A stretch of 64,000 nucleotides of DNA from Azolla caroliniana (Eukaryota; Plantae; Polypodiophyta). Both the position numbers and the translations under genes were made by a program. The notes under the pieces were generated by a model that was not told the origin of the DNA, did not search any database, and worked only from the letters and a program-made list of their open reading frames with translations. The stretch is taken from positions 310,001 through 374,000 of the forward strand of contig JBHGNT010000013.1 of NCBI GenBank assembly GCA_043228905.1, read 5' to 3'. Of the stretch, positions 52,197 to 64,000 are shown piece after piece (position 1 is the first letter of the stretch; each line of letters starts with the position of its first letter).

Positions 52197-54392
52197 GGGA
52201 TCTACCACTCATCCCAAACCTAAATTGGTTCAACGCCATTTTGTAGCACTCTGTTGCCTACTCTTTGTAATCCATTTTACTCTTCAATATAATAATTCCC
52301 TTTCAATTCTCTCTCTCTCTCTCTGTCTTGAAAATTTGAACCAATTTTCCCTTTCATTTCTTTGTCTCCCAGAAACCGTAACAAGTTATCTTCTTCCTTC
52401 TCCTCTCCCCTTGTAAGCTATAGAGTTCGAGAGCAAACAAGAATACGTGTGTGTTCTTTCTGAGCTCGACATGCTCACGAATAAATTTGTGGCATTAGGG
52501 CATGATAATCAAATGCTACTTGGAGACCTACAACAAGTGAGCACAGAAAAAGCTCAACAGTATGAAGAGTTATCACAGCGAGTTCATCAACTCGAGGCAA
52601 CTATATTGTCATTACGAGAACAAGCGTCAGGGGCTCATAACTCCCCTAGAGAGCCAAAGATCAGCCTCCCCGTCAAGTTTGATGGTACGAGATCTTTATT
52701 TCAAGAGTTTTTGAATCAAGTTGGTCTACTTATTCTGCTACATCTCAATCGGTATCCAACTGACGCTGCTCATGTGGGATTAGTGGGAACTTTGCTATGC
52801 GGTACAATGTTAGCATGGTTCCCACCACTTCTCGAGAAGAAATCACCATTGCTGGAGAATTTCGAGGCATTTGTTAAAGAGTTTCAAGCTTGTTTCGGAG
52901 ACACCAATAGCACTAGGACAACGATAAATAAGATTCGAAGGCTCCGACAAGTAGATCGTCCCGCATCGGCTTACGCAGCCGATTTCCGTCTCTTGGCATG
53001 CGATATCCCTTGGGATGAGGCGGCCTTAATGGATCAATTCCGTCAAGGTTTGCGAAATGATGTCCAAGATCTTCTTCTTACTTTCCATGAAGATCCAAAG
53101 TCACTCACAGAAGCCATTATTCGAGTCATGCGATGTGATAATCGCCTATTTAAGCGATGTTCTGAGCGCCAACAAATGTTACGCTGCCAACCTGAATAGA
53201 CTTATGCTTCCGTAGTTGCAATGCCTCCAAAAGTTTCTAGACCCATTACAAGGGATGGCCCAACTCCGATGGAAATAGAGTCAACACAACGTTGTGGGCC
53301 ATTATCAGACGTTGAGAAGCAACGACGTCGAGCGGCGGTCCAGGACATATAGTTGTAAACTGTCCACATAAACCTAGGCGTCAAGTATACCAAGTAAGTT
53401 GCCTATGAAAACCCTACATTGAGTTCCATTGTTACTTCTAATAACATAAGTAAGCCTCATAGTCCATGCCATGAGAATAGATTTGATGTCTTGAGCCAAT
53501 TAGAGGATGTGTTAAACAAGTAAGTCCAGCCAAAATAGGAGTTGTTTGGCTGGACCATCCTAGCTATGTAGAGTTAGTTCCTAGTCATGGTTCCATTTCA
53601 TCAAGTCAAATGAGCAGAGTTTTTTCAACACAACTCGAGCTTACCACATCTACATGTCATCGAGTGCTAGCTTTTGCCCCCTAGATTCTGGAGCCAACTC
53701 TTGTTTCATGGATCATGAATTTGCCTTGTCACAAAACATCCTGTTGAATAAGCTTCCCCGCCCAGTAGCCATAGAAGTCATTGATGGACGTCCCATAGAA
53801 TCAAGAGATATAGTCGAGGAGTCCGAACCAATTAGGATAGTTCTTGGCGATTTGGCAAGCATAATCTCTTTCAACATTATTCGTAGTCCAGAACACCCAA
53901 TAGTTCTAGGCCTCCCTTGGTTTGAACTCCATAACCCGAAGATTGATTGGATGAAAAGAACAAACCCCACATCCCTCTCTCCTACATGTGATAATAGATC
54001 CCTAGAGTTATCGACCATATCTTTACGACAGTTGCGGGAGGAAAGGGGGAACGAGGCCATGTTTGTCTTCGCAATAGTAGCAACTCCATCATCCACTTCA
54101 CGTGAAGCGGACATTAAACTACCAGAGAAATACAAGGAGTTCTCGGATGTCTTTGATAAGGGGAAGGCCAATACATTGCCAGAGCATTGGCCATACGACT
54201 GCCCGATTGACTTACAACCAGGGAAAGAACCTCATGGGGGCCAATTTATAATCTCTCCCTTGTAGAGCTAGAGACTTTGTGGGAATATATTGATGAGAAT
54301 TTGGCAAACGGATTCATTTAGCATTCTAGATCCCCTGCTGGTGCACCTATCTTCTTCGTTAAGAAGAAGAATGGGACTCTTTGGTTGGTCGT

Positions 54393-57300
54393 TGTTACGG
54401 GCATGACCATATAATATCCCGTGGTGAGAATTTACCGTAGTATTCTATACACGTGGATAAGTGTGAGGGTTAAACGAGAGTGTAAAGAAGGGGAGGATTA
54501 CTTTTAATCCTTGTGATTGAGACAACCCATTAGGCCAAGTGTGAACTCTTGTAGCGAGCGTGCCAGCACTAGGTACGACTCGAGGCCACGACGGTGGTAT
54601 GGGACGCCAATCGAGGCTCGAGTCCCTCTTGACCCCTTTGTTCGGGGGTGGTCGGGTGGATCACCACCCTTCTTTCTCTCTCTCCTTTCTATCTAGATCT
54701 ATCTTTTATCCTTTGCTTACATTAGTACATATCTCTAATAATTGGTATCCGAGCTCATGTTCTAATGTTTCTTTTGTTGTTTTTTGTCTACGCTGAGACT
54801 CTGTTCTTGTGGTGGGTCAACTCTTGTAGCAAGCGCGCCAGCACTAGGTATGACTCGACGCCACGACGGTGGTATGGGACACCGATCGAGGCTCTAGTCC
54901 ATCTCGATCCCTTCGCTCGAGGGTGGAGACTCTGTCGAGACTCTGTTCTTGTGGTGGGTCAACTCTTGTAGCGAGCGCGCCAACACCAAGTACGACTCGA
55001 CGCCACGGCAGTGGTATGTGATCCCTTCACTCAAGGGTGGTCGGATGGATCACCACCCTTCTTTCTCTCTCTCCTTTCTATCTAGATCTATCTTTTATCC
55101 TTTGCTTACATTAGTACATATCTCTAATAGTTGGTATCTGAGCTCATGTTCTAATGTTTCTTTTGTTGTTTTTTGTCTTCTTGATTGATGGTGATCGATC
55201 GATGTGCGGTCGACCTTGATCTAGACAACGATCAACAAAGGAACTTTGGTAACTTTTCTTGTTTTTTTTTTCTATTTTTTCTTCTTCCTTCTAATCATGT
55301 ATATGGTCGTATGTAATTTTTTATTATTAATTCAATGATGTTGTAGTGGTAATTAATTGGTTGTATAAAACGTTTACATATGTGTATGCGGTCAATACCT
55401 CATTTGACATATATTGATTATGTGATTAATGTCGTATGCACATGAGGTTAATACCTCAATTGCGTATTACACTCACATACATATGTTACGTATGCGTATG
55501 AGGTCAATCCCTCAATTTCGTTGTAAATGATATGTGTTCGGTGTCGTATGCGTAAGAGGTCAATACCTCAATTGTGTATTACGATTAACCTTTATTTTTT
55601 GATGTTTTGTGTGCGTAGAGGCTATACGCCTCGATTACGTATCTCGATTACATCATTTTTGGCTATTTTATATTACGATTTTATATATATGCATATGTGG
55701 TCACGTGTATACGTATTTGATTGTATATATGTGATAATATACATATGTGTATATAAGTTATTATGTGATTTCAATATCGAATGTTGTCCTTGTCGGGAAA
55801 AGGATCTTGGTGGCCGTCCTCACATTTTTTGGTGACATCCCCGTTAGTCACTTCGATATTTCATTACGTAATGAAACAATCATAGCCACAATCGTGTTGA
55901 CTATGTAGGGCTTAACCCACTTCATGTGAGGTCACTCCTATGACACACATATCCAATATCCCTCCCTCATTACATGGATACGATGCCACCATGAGATCAT
56001 TCTTACGAAAGGCATTCGTAATAATGTAACCATGTGATGGGCCACATGGGCCTACTATGAAAAGAGAGCTCATTTGGCTTGACCATTAGGTTGCACTTTG
56101 GCGTATGCCATTGTAATTACAAGACTTGAGTTTAGGTAATGTACCAACAAAGTTTGTGGTAAACTAGGGGGAAATAAGGACTCTTGACGTATATGTTTCT
56201 TTTAAAAAAACATATATGGGCAAATGCCTTGCATATCTCTTATACGCATGAAACATTAAACATTCAAAAAGAGAAAAATATTAGGCAAGAGTTGAGTCTG
56301 GAACAGACACCACCACATCCTCGAAGGAATATTTCCACATTGTTAACGGTCTGCTCTACCGTAATGGGAAGGTTTGTGTTCCAAATTTCCTCGAGGTCAA
56401 AAAGAGAATCCTTTTTTAATGCCATGATGCACCCTCAGCAGAGCACCCTAGAATACATCGTACATTCGTTCTAATCTCCACTCAATTTTATTGGCCTAAG
56501 ATGCGTCCTGACATACATAGCTATGTGACTAAATGTCACCAATGTCAGGTTAACAAAGCCAAGCGACTTAAAGACGCAACACTTTTACATCCCTTGGACA
56601 TTCCCAATAATAAGTGGGAAAGTATATCCATGGATTTTATTGTTAGCCTTCCTCGCACCCAAGAAAGCCATGATGCCATCTGGGTTGTGGTTGACAGACT
56701 AACTAAAATGGCCAGATTTATTGCTACTAAAACCATGGTAACAACTCCTGAATTGTCTTACCAATTCGTTGAAGAGTTATTTCGTTTTTATGGGTTACCG
56801 ATGGATATCGTGAGTGATCGAGATCCAAAGCTTACTAGTGACTTCTGGACACAAGTCTTCAAGAAGTTAGAAACTACATTGAGCATGAGCTCCACGGATC
56901 ATCCTCAATCCAATGGGCACATAGAACGAGTAAATCAAATTATTGAGGACATGCTTCGAGCATACGTTGGTGCAAAACCAACAAAATGGGAACGTTATCT
57001 CCCAATTTTGGAGTTTGCTTATAACAGCTCCAAGCATACGTCGACGGGATATAGTCCTTTTATGTTGATGTATGGTTTTCAGCCACGAGCCCTGATTGAT
57101 ATTAATATACATCATGATGAGTTGCGAAGTACGCAAAAATTTCTTCGGGATATGCAAGATATGTTGCATATTGCACGAGATAATATAAAAACAACTCAAG
57201 ATAGAGCGCGTTTTTATGCCGATCATCATAGGCAACCTCCTGTATTCAACCCTGGACAGAAGGTATTTTTACATGTACCTCACAATTCTAAGACATTCTC

Positions 57301-58148
57301 TAAGGGTAAGTGCGCTAAGTTAGCCCCACGGTTTTGTGGACCTTTTACACTCCTCAAACGCATTGGGTCATCAGCCTATAGTCTCGCTCTTCTCGATGGT
57401 GTCGAAATTCATCCAGTTTTTCATGTGAGTCTTCTAAAAGAACTTCTAGGTTCTGGCGACAATACAGTTACAATTGAAACTTTGGTTACTTCTGAAGAAT
57501 TATCTTCTAAACCACATGTACCAAAAAAAATCCTCGATGTTAAAACAAAAAAATTACGTACTAAAGAAGTACGAGAATTTAAAATAAAATGGATGGATAA
57601 ATCAATAAAAAATGCCACATGGGAACGCGAAAATACTCTCAGAACTAACTTCCCTAACTTTCCATTGCAAGAGTGCAATGTTTTAAAGAGGGAGAGTATG
57701 TTACGGGCATGACCATATAATATCCCATGGTGAGAATTTAGCGTAGTATTCTATCCACGTGGATAAGTGTGAGGGTTAAACGAGAGTGTAAAGAAGGGGA
57801 GGATTACTTTTAATTCTCGGGATTGAGACAACCCATTAGGCCAAGTGTGAACTTGCCTAGGGGCCTTGGGTATCGCTATAAATAAGAGGCCTAGTTACCC
57901 TCATTTCATCATCTTTTGACTACGTCGAGACTCTGTTCTTGTGGTGGGTCAACTCTTGTAGCAAGCGCACCAGAACCAGTTATGACTCGACGCCACTACG
58001 GTGGTATGGGACGCCAAGCTCGAGCCCGTCTCGATCCCTTTGCTCGGGGGTGGTTGGGTGGATCGGCACCCTTCTTTCTCTCTCTCCTTTCTTTCTAGAT
58101 CTATCTTTTATCCTTATTTTATGGTTGCATTAGTTCATGTCTCTAATA
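54393..58148 (+). mobile_element. Chromovirus copy 2, internally deleted, inserted in the Tcn1-like RT
   Basis: TSD GTCGT (54388-54392 / 58149-58153), LTRs 54393-54740 and 57699-58148, duplicated LTR-PBS block to ~55143. Confidence 0.92.
56501..57712 (+). CDS. Integrase core plus chromodomain ORF of chromovirus copy 2
   Basis: 403-aa open frame: CHQCQ, ISMDFI, IVSDRDP, HPQSNGHIERVN, GPF, HPVFHVS, KWMDKSIKNATWE. gag, RT and RNase H are deleted upstream. Confidence 0.8.
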   Translation: MRPDIHSYVTKCHQCQVNKAKRLKDATLLHPLDIPNNKWESISMDFIVSLPRTQESHDAIWVVVDRLTKMARFIATKTMVTTPELSYQFVEELFRFYGLPMDIVSDRDPKLTSDFWTQVFKKLETTLSMSSTDHPQSNGHIERVNQIIEDMLRAYVGAKPTKWERYLPILEFAYNSSKHTSTGYSPFMLMYGFQPRALIDINIHHDELRSTQKFLRDMQDMLHIARDNIKTTQDRARFYADHHRQPPVFNPGQKVFLHVPHNSKTFSKGKCAKLAPRFCGPFTLLKRIGSSAYSLALLDGVEIHPVFHVSLLKELLGSGDNTVTIETLVTSEELSSKPHVPKKILDVKTKKLRTKEVREFKIKWMDKSIKNATWERENTLRTNFPNFPLQECNVLKRESMLRA

Positions 58149-61100
58149 GTCGTGGATTATCAAGGGCTAAACAAAGTGACTATCCGGAATAGATATGCTC
58201 TACGGTTAATCTCGAATATTTTGGAATGTTTGAGTGGTGCAAAATATTTCACGAAGTTGGACCTTCGCGGAGCATATAATCTAGTTCGGATTCGCCTAGG
58301 GGATGAATGGAAGATAACTTTTCGCACTAGCTATGGACATTTTGAGTATATATATTGTGATGCCATTCGGCCTCACAAATGCACCTGTTGTTTTCCAACA
58401 TATGGTGAACAATATTTTTCAAGATTTTCTTGATATCTTCACTATAGTTTACCTAGATGATATTTTAATCTACTCGAAGACCCAAGAGGAGCATGACAAA
58501 CATCTTCGTCAGGTATTGCGTCGACTACGAGAATATGGTCTCTACCCAAAATTAGGAAAGTGTTTGGCCAGAATCAAGTGGAATTTTTGGGGTATGTTGT
58601 ATCATCGGATGGTATTCCTATGGACCCCATGAAGGTACAGGGAATATTAGAGTGGCAAACACCCCTTTCATTGTGTGATGTACAATGTTTTCTCGGGTTT
58701 GCAAATTTATATCAAAAATTTATTAAAGATTATTCCAAGGTTGTGCTTCCGCTTACTCAACTCACACATAAAAATCAGCCATTTATATGGAGTTCAAATG
58801 CAGCCAAGGCATTCGAAAGCTTAAAACGAACATTTACAACAACACCTATCTTAGCACATGTCGACCCAACAAAACACTTCATCCTCGTAGACTGGAGATG
58901 ATGGACAACTACACCATGTCGCCTTTCATTCACGAAAGTTTGAAGCTGCAGAGATCAACTACAAGATCCATGCCAAAGAGCTTCTTGCAATTGTGGATTC
59001 GTTTCAACAATGGCGACATTTTCTAGAAGGTTCTTCTCAGCAGATCATTGTCTACAATGATCATAAGTACCTGACTTATTTCCAAAATGCTCAAGTCTTG
59101 AGTCGGCGACAAGCCCGGTGGGTGCAATTTTTAACTCACTTTGACTTTATCATCATATATCGCCCTGGGATGCAGCAAGGCAAAGCAGATGCTCTTTCTC
59201 GATGCTCTTATATGGAACTTTGTCCAAGGGAACCTGCATTTGAGCATAAAAAACAAATCATTTTGGGTCCTAATTGCTTACGATTAATGGTAGTTAACGC
59301 CATAACAACTCTTGAAGATTCCACTCTTCTTGATTCCATCCGAGATCATATGGCCACTGATGATTTCGCCAAGGATGTTTTGGATCATATCATCCCGGAT
59401 TGTGCTTCTTGCTCAGGCTCGAAAAATCCTCGTAATTACTATCATCAGTTCTATTGGCATTGTGCTTTTTTGTTTCGACAAAATCTATTGTATGTTCCTG
59501 ATGGTCCCCCACGACTACAAGTTTTACAACATTGCCATGACTCACCAATGGCTGGTCATTTTGGAGTTCGCAAGACTCTAGAATTAATTTCTCGACGCTA
59601 TTGGTGGCCTCGCCTTCGTCATTTTGTTGAAGAGTATGTTCGCAACTGTGATATATGTTGTTGATCAAAGAGTCCTCGTCACCAATCCTATGGCTTACTG
59701 CAAACACTTCCCATTCTGGAAAATCCTTGGAAGTCTATATCCTTGGATCTCATTATTGATCTCCCAGTTTCAAAAGTTTTTGATGTAATTCTCAAAGTGG
59801 TTGATTGATTTACCAAAATGGCACATTTCTTGCCATGTACGAAGTCAATTACTAGTCAAGAGGTGGCCGATCTCGTTATGCGGGAGGTATTTAAGCATCA
59901 TGGTCTGCCGGATGATATTATTCGTGATCGTGGTCCACAATTCATCTCAAAGTTTTGGAAGCACATGTTCAAACTTTTCCACATTTCGGTTAAGCTTTCT
60001 TTAGGCTATCATCACGAAACAAATGGCCAAACTGAGCGTACCAACCAGACATTGGAGCAATATCTTTGTTGTTTCATCAACTATCAACAAGATGATTGGG
60101 TTGATTTTTTGCATTTGGCAGAACTCGCTTACAAAAACTCAGTCCATTCTTCTTCAAGATATTCCCCATTTTTTGCAAATATGGGTTGTCATCCTTGGTG
60201 GACGATGAATGCACATACAGACGTTCCTAAGAACCATGCTGCCAAGGATTGTCTTAGTCGCCTCCAAGAAATTCACACTGCCATTCTCCACAATTTGCAT
60301 GATGCTCAAGTTGCACACAAGAGGCTTGCCGATCATCATCGTCTAGACTCCTCAAAAAAGTTCCGCGTTGGGGATCATGTATGGCTTCTCCAACACAACA
60401 TCATGACCACTCGACCTTGTAGTAAATTGGATTACCAACGTTTTGGCCCTTACACGATCACTGGTAAGAGAAGTGATGTTGCATTTCGTCTTGGCCTCCC
60501 TTCACACATGCATCTTCATCCGGTGTTTCATGTATCCCTTTTGGAACCTTATACTACAAGTTCAGTTCCGAGCCATTTTACAACACCCCCACCTGTCGAG
60601 TTCTTGGACGGACCCGAATTTGAAGTTGTTGCCGTTCTTGACTCTAAAATCGTGCACAACAAGCTGTATTACTTAGTCGATTGGCTTGGCTATAACCCCA
60701 ATGATCGAACTTGGGAACCTGCTGCAAATCTTTCCAATGTTGCAGAACTCGTCACTGCATTTCATCGCCAATATCATCATAAACCAGGTCCTAATACAAA
60801 CCCTACGACCCGTGAGACGTGTTGTCGAAGAAGGGGGATAGTGTCATGATAACACTCACATTATGCCTCAAAAAGACTTGAACCCTCAACCTTGGTAAAC
60901 ACATGTCAAATCCTTAACCATTGTATTGATATTCTTTTATGTATAGCTTTTAAATTATGAAATCTAATATCATAGGAATATTCTATATTACTCTACATTC
61001 TAGAATGACCTAGAATATTCTAGAGTGTTCTATACACTGGAACCTTCTAGAATACTCTAGAGATCTTCTAGATTACTCTACATTCTAGGATAACCTGAAT

Positions 61101-61232
61101 GTTCTCTATTACTTATAAATAGGAATCTACCACTCATCCAAAACCTAAATTGGTTCAACGCCATTTTGTAGCACTCTGCTGCCTACTCTTTGTAATCTAT
61201 TTTACTCTTCAATATAATAATTCCCTTTCAAA

Positions 61233-61278
<46 letters not shown>

Positions 61279-61779
61279 TTGACAGCAATAAGACTTAGTG
61301 TACTTCATTCCTCCTTTAGTCATAGGTGCATTAGTCCATTGGCTCTTGAAGCTCTTGAAACTCTTGTATCTTTGTGGTGTTTTGTAATGAGGTCGATAGG
61401 CTTGCATAGCAATTGCTTGTGTCAATGTATTTTCTTCTCTTGTCTTTCTCATCAAGTCTTCTTGTCTTATGTCTCCCATGAGATCTTCCACGGTAGCTTG
61501 TTTAATAAAATTTTGTGTAGTTACAAAAGATGACCAAGAAGAGGGTAAAGCACCTAATAATAAACATCTTTGTAGTTTGTCGGAAATGTTTGAACCAGAT
61601 GTAATTGTATCATGCAGTTTCTTTTCCCAAGTGGTTAGAAAGTTATCTACATCACCTTCTTCTTTCATTGTGAATGTGACATATGCACATTGTCGAGGTA
61701 GTTGTGGTTCATGCGGCGAGGTCACAGGGACTAAGGTTAAAGCGAGTTGGCAAAATTTTTATAAGCCTTGTGCGTTGAT

Positions 61780-62406
61780 GTTAGAAAGATTAAGGATAGG
61801 AAGAAGAAGAGTTAAAACTAATGTGTGAGAGATAGATGAGCATAGATAAGAGACAGAGACAATGTATGATTTAAGAAGCAAGAGTATATGATATGAACAT
61901 GATTTATATTAAGAATACAAGATTTTACCAACCTTACAATCCTTGACAATAATATAAAACCTTTGTCTACCAAATTTCGGCTTGAACCCTTGACTTAAGT
62001 GTTGAGAGATAATAAACTTCCCAAATGAGCTAACTTGTTTGTTTGATTATTTGATTTTCTAAATCAAATAATCCCCTTGATTCCTTATCTCTTCTTATAG
62101 GTTCTCTCATGCATATGATGATATGAGGGTGCATGGCATGCATGTGATGCATGTGATATATGATCACCATTTGGCGCACATGCATTACATGTGATGCATG
62201 ATAGTCATCGTGTTCATCTAAGCTCTAATGTATGAATATAGATATGCCATAAGTATGATGATGAAAATATCATTATAGAAAATAGCTTATCCTAATGGTA
62301 TATACTTCATACTTGGTGTGTGAGGTTATGGGTTCAAGTCTTTCAAAGGTAACTCATTACAATATTCAAGTTTATTTTTATATCGTGAAGCAAATCCTTC
62401 ATGACA
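61780..62406 (-). repeat. Probable solo LTR(s)
   Basis: Begins TGTCATGA on the minus strand at 62406, like the Tcn1-like LTRs. Left boundary and TSD not resolved. Confidence 0.5.
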
Positions 62407-62524
62407 CCATAGTGTGTGCACTTCTGCTACATCGGTTTTTGGTTCGTATTGCGTTTAATTTCTCTCAAATTTAATGCAAAGTTTGTAGCTTTCTAACTAC
62501 TTCTCCTTGAACATCTGATATATG

Positions 62525-62654
62525 CGCTAATAATATGCCGGTAAGAAACATCTTTACCGGTCCATACTTTTTGAGGTGAGTCTCCTTCCAAGGGTGCTGA
62601 GGGTGATCTATTTATCACATAGGTCACTGTCGTCAGCGCCTCAGCCCAAAACGT
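62525..62654 (-). pseudogene. Copia integrase fragment
   Basis: TFWAEALTTVTYVINRSPSAPLEGDSPQKVWTGKDVSYRH. Confidence 0.8.
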
Positions 62655-62901
62655 TGTCGTGTTGTTTCACTTTCTCGTGGGAAATAAGGCGGGACCGCAG
62701 GGGCCCTGAACCGAGGAGCAAGAGAAAGAAGAGGAAGGGAGAAGCGCGCATGCGTAGAGCCGGTTAGGCCTGTTTACAACCGACAACGCTTGCCAGCTGA
62801 ATGAACCACCAACGTGTATACCGACTGAACAAGAAGCACGCTCACGAGAAAGGGGAGACTCACAGAAACACAGATAGACGAAAAATAGGAGATTCAATTA
62901 C
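62655..62901 (-). repeat. U5 end of an LTR related to the Trp-primed gypsy
   Basis: Reverse complement matches the 3' part of LTR 19330-19969 (..CCTTATTTC..ACAACACGACA); flanked by ACGT. Confidence 0.8.
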
Positions 62902-64000
62902 TGTCACAAACACACCAACGCCAGACTATGACAAAGCACAGATGACAAGGCTACGATCGAGAGAAGGTTACAAACATGGAACTCGACATGATGAGGCTAG
63001 AAAATCGGGAAGTTGAGAGCGATGAGATGAGGAACTTAAGACGCTAGGAACAATACAAAGAACATAAAGACAAAGATGTACATCAAGGAGAGAAGATGGG
63101 GCTAAACAAGAATACTAGATTGATGTGTTAATGACTGGTGTTGATTCGAATTGATTTGAGAATACATGTATGCGCTTATTTATAGGTTCCTATAGAATAG
63201 CTTAGAGATTTCTAGAATGTTCTAGAATGTTCTAGACCTAGAATGCTCTAGGACATTCTAGAACATTCTAGAATAATCTAGAGTTTTTACAATAATCAAT
63301 GTAATACAAGAAGTAGCTTTTATTGTTTCATATAACAATAAGCTATCTTAATGGTTGAGGTTTTGAAGTATGAATTACAAGGTTCGAGGTTCAAGTCCAG
63401 GTGACGCCATAATGGTCATGTGTTCATGACACTATCCCTCCTTTGAGAACGCCGAGTGGAAGTCGACGTTAACATTGTTGGGCCGGGCTTGTTTGGATAG
63501 TGACGATGGAAGTCGTTGACCAAAGCTTCAACATTACAAACATTATCGATGGGTTCCCAAGTGCGATCACTCGGAGGATAACCAAGCCAATCAACTAGAT
63601 AACAAAGCTTATTGCGCACAATCTTAGAATCGAGAATAGCAGCTACCTCGTATTCGGGGCCGTCCACAAGTTGTACAGAAGGCGGTGGTGGCACGACACG
63701 ATCAGGAATTAAAGAGGTGTGGCAAGGTTCCAAAAGAGAGCTATGAAAGACAGGGTGAAGCCGCATATGTGCAGGAAGGTTAAGACGAAATGTTGCATCA
63801 TTAATCTGCGCCGTGATGACAAAAGGACCTAAGCGTTGATAGTCAAGCTTAGCACACGATCGGGTAGTCTTGATGTGACGACGAAGCAACCATACACGGT
63901 CACCAACCTTAAACGGAGACTTAAGACGATGTCGATCGGCATTGGTCTTATGGTGTGCTTGCGCTTTCTGAAGATGTGACGATAACTTGAACTGGATTTG
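62902..64000 (-). mobile_element. 3' end of a second Tcn1-like chromovirus (INT C-terminus, chromodomain, PPT, 3' LTR 62902-63431)
   Basis: KLDYQRLGPF, HPVFHSSLL, YLVDWLGYPPSDRTWEP; PPT AAAGGAGGGATAG followed by TGTCATGA. Confidence 0.9.

Larger units (their letters stand above)
51908..61284 (+). mobile_element. Tcn1-like chromovirus (Ty3/gypsy), self-priming type
   Basis: LTRs 51908-52333 and 60842-61284, TSD GCAAT. gag [34 protein letters not shown] / [12 protein letters not shown], chromodomain YLVDWLGY..RTWEP, PPT GAAGAAGGGGGATAG. Confidence 0.92.
49068..61770 (-). mobile_element. Old, deleted AT-rich Ty1/copia element hosting several insertions
   Basis: RNase H 49512-49790 (LSSMEAEY, HCDNQS), INT 49870-50620 (VVHSDICGP), PR ~51770, gag 61290-61725, poly-G PPT (rc) 49346-49361. 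Outer boundaries uncertain. Confidence 0.75.

Overview
This is eukaryotic, repeat-saturated plant DNA, most consistent with a non-seed plant such as a fern (inferred from the terpene synthase type and the retroelement types). Most of the window is nested transposons whose ends I could fix from TSDs, TIRs, PBS and PPT. The one apparently intact host gene is an intronless microbial-type terpene synthase (MTPSL, 16804-18051), and its stop codon and 3' end come from a truncated LTR. Downstream is a four-level nest: chromovirus (18040-49067) > tRNA-Trp-primed gypsy (19330-44163) > 17.9-kb Sola2-like DNA transposon (25757-43652) > young copia (36654-42143). The DNA transposon carries a spliced DDD transposase, a second RING/coiled-coil gene and a probable URB2 fragment. 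A second nest is copia > self-priming Tcn1-like gypsy (51908-61284) > chromovirus (54393-58148). The most unusual non-coding signals are tRNA-like Pol III A/B-box cassettes, antisense at the U3 edge of several LTRs and next to heat-shock-element arrays; a 56-bp-period hairpin array in the chromovirus leader; a repeated ACGT target site; and a stem-loop enclosing a copia PPT. All family names come from motif recognition by eye; no searches were run.
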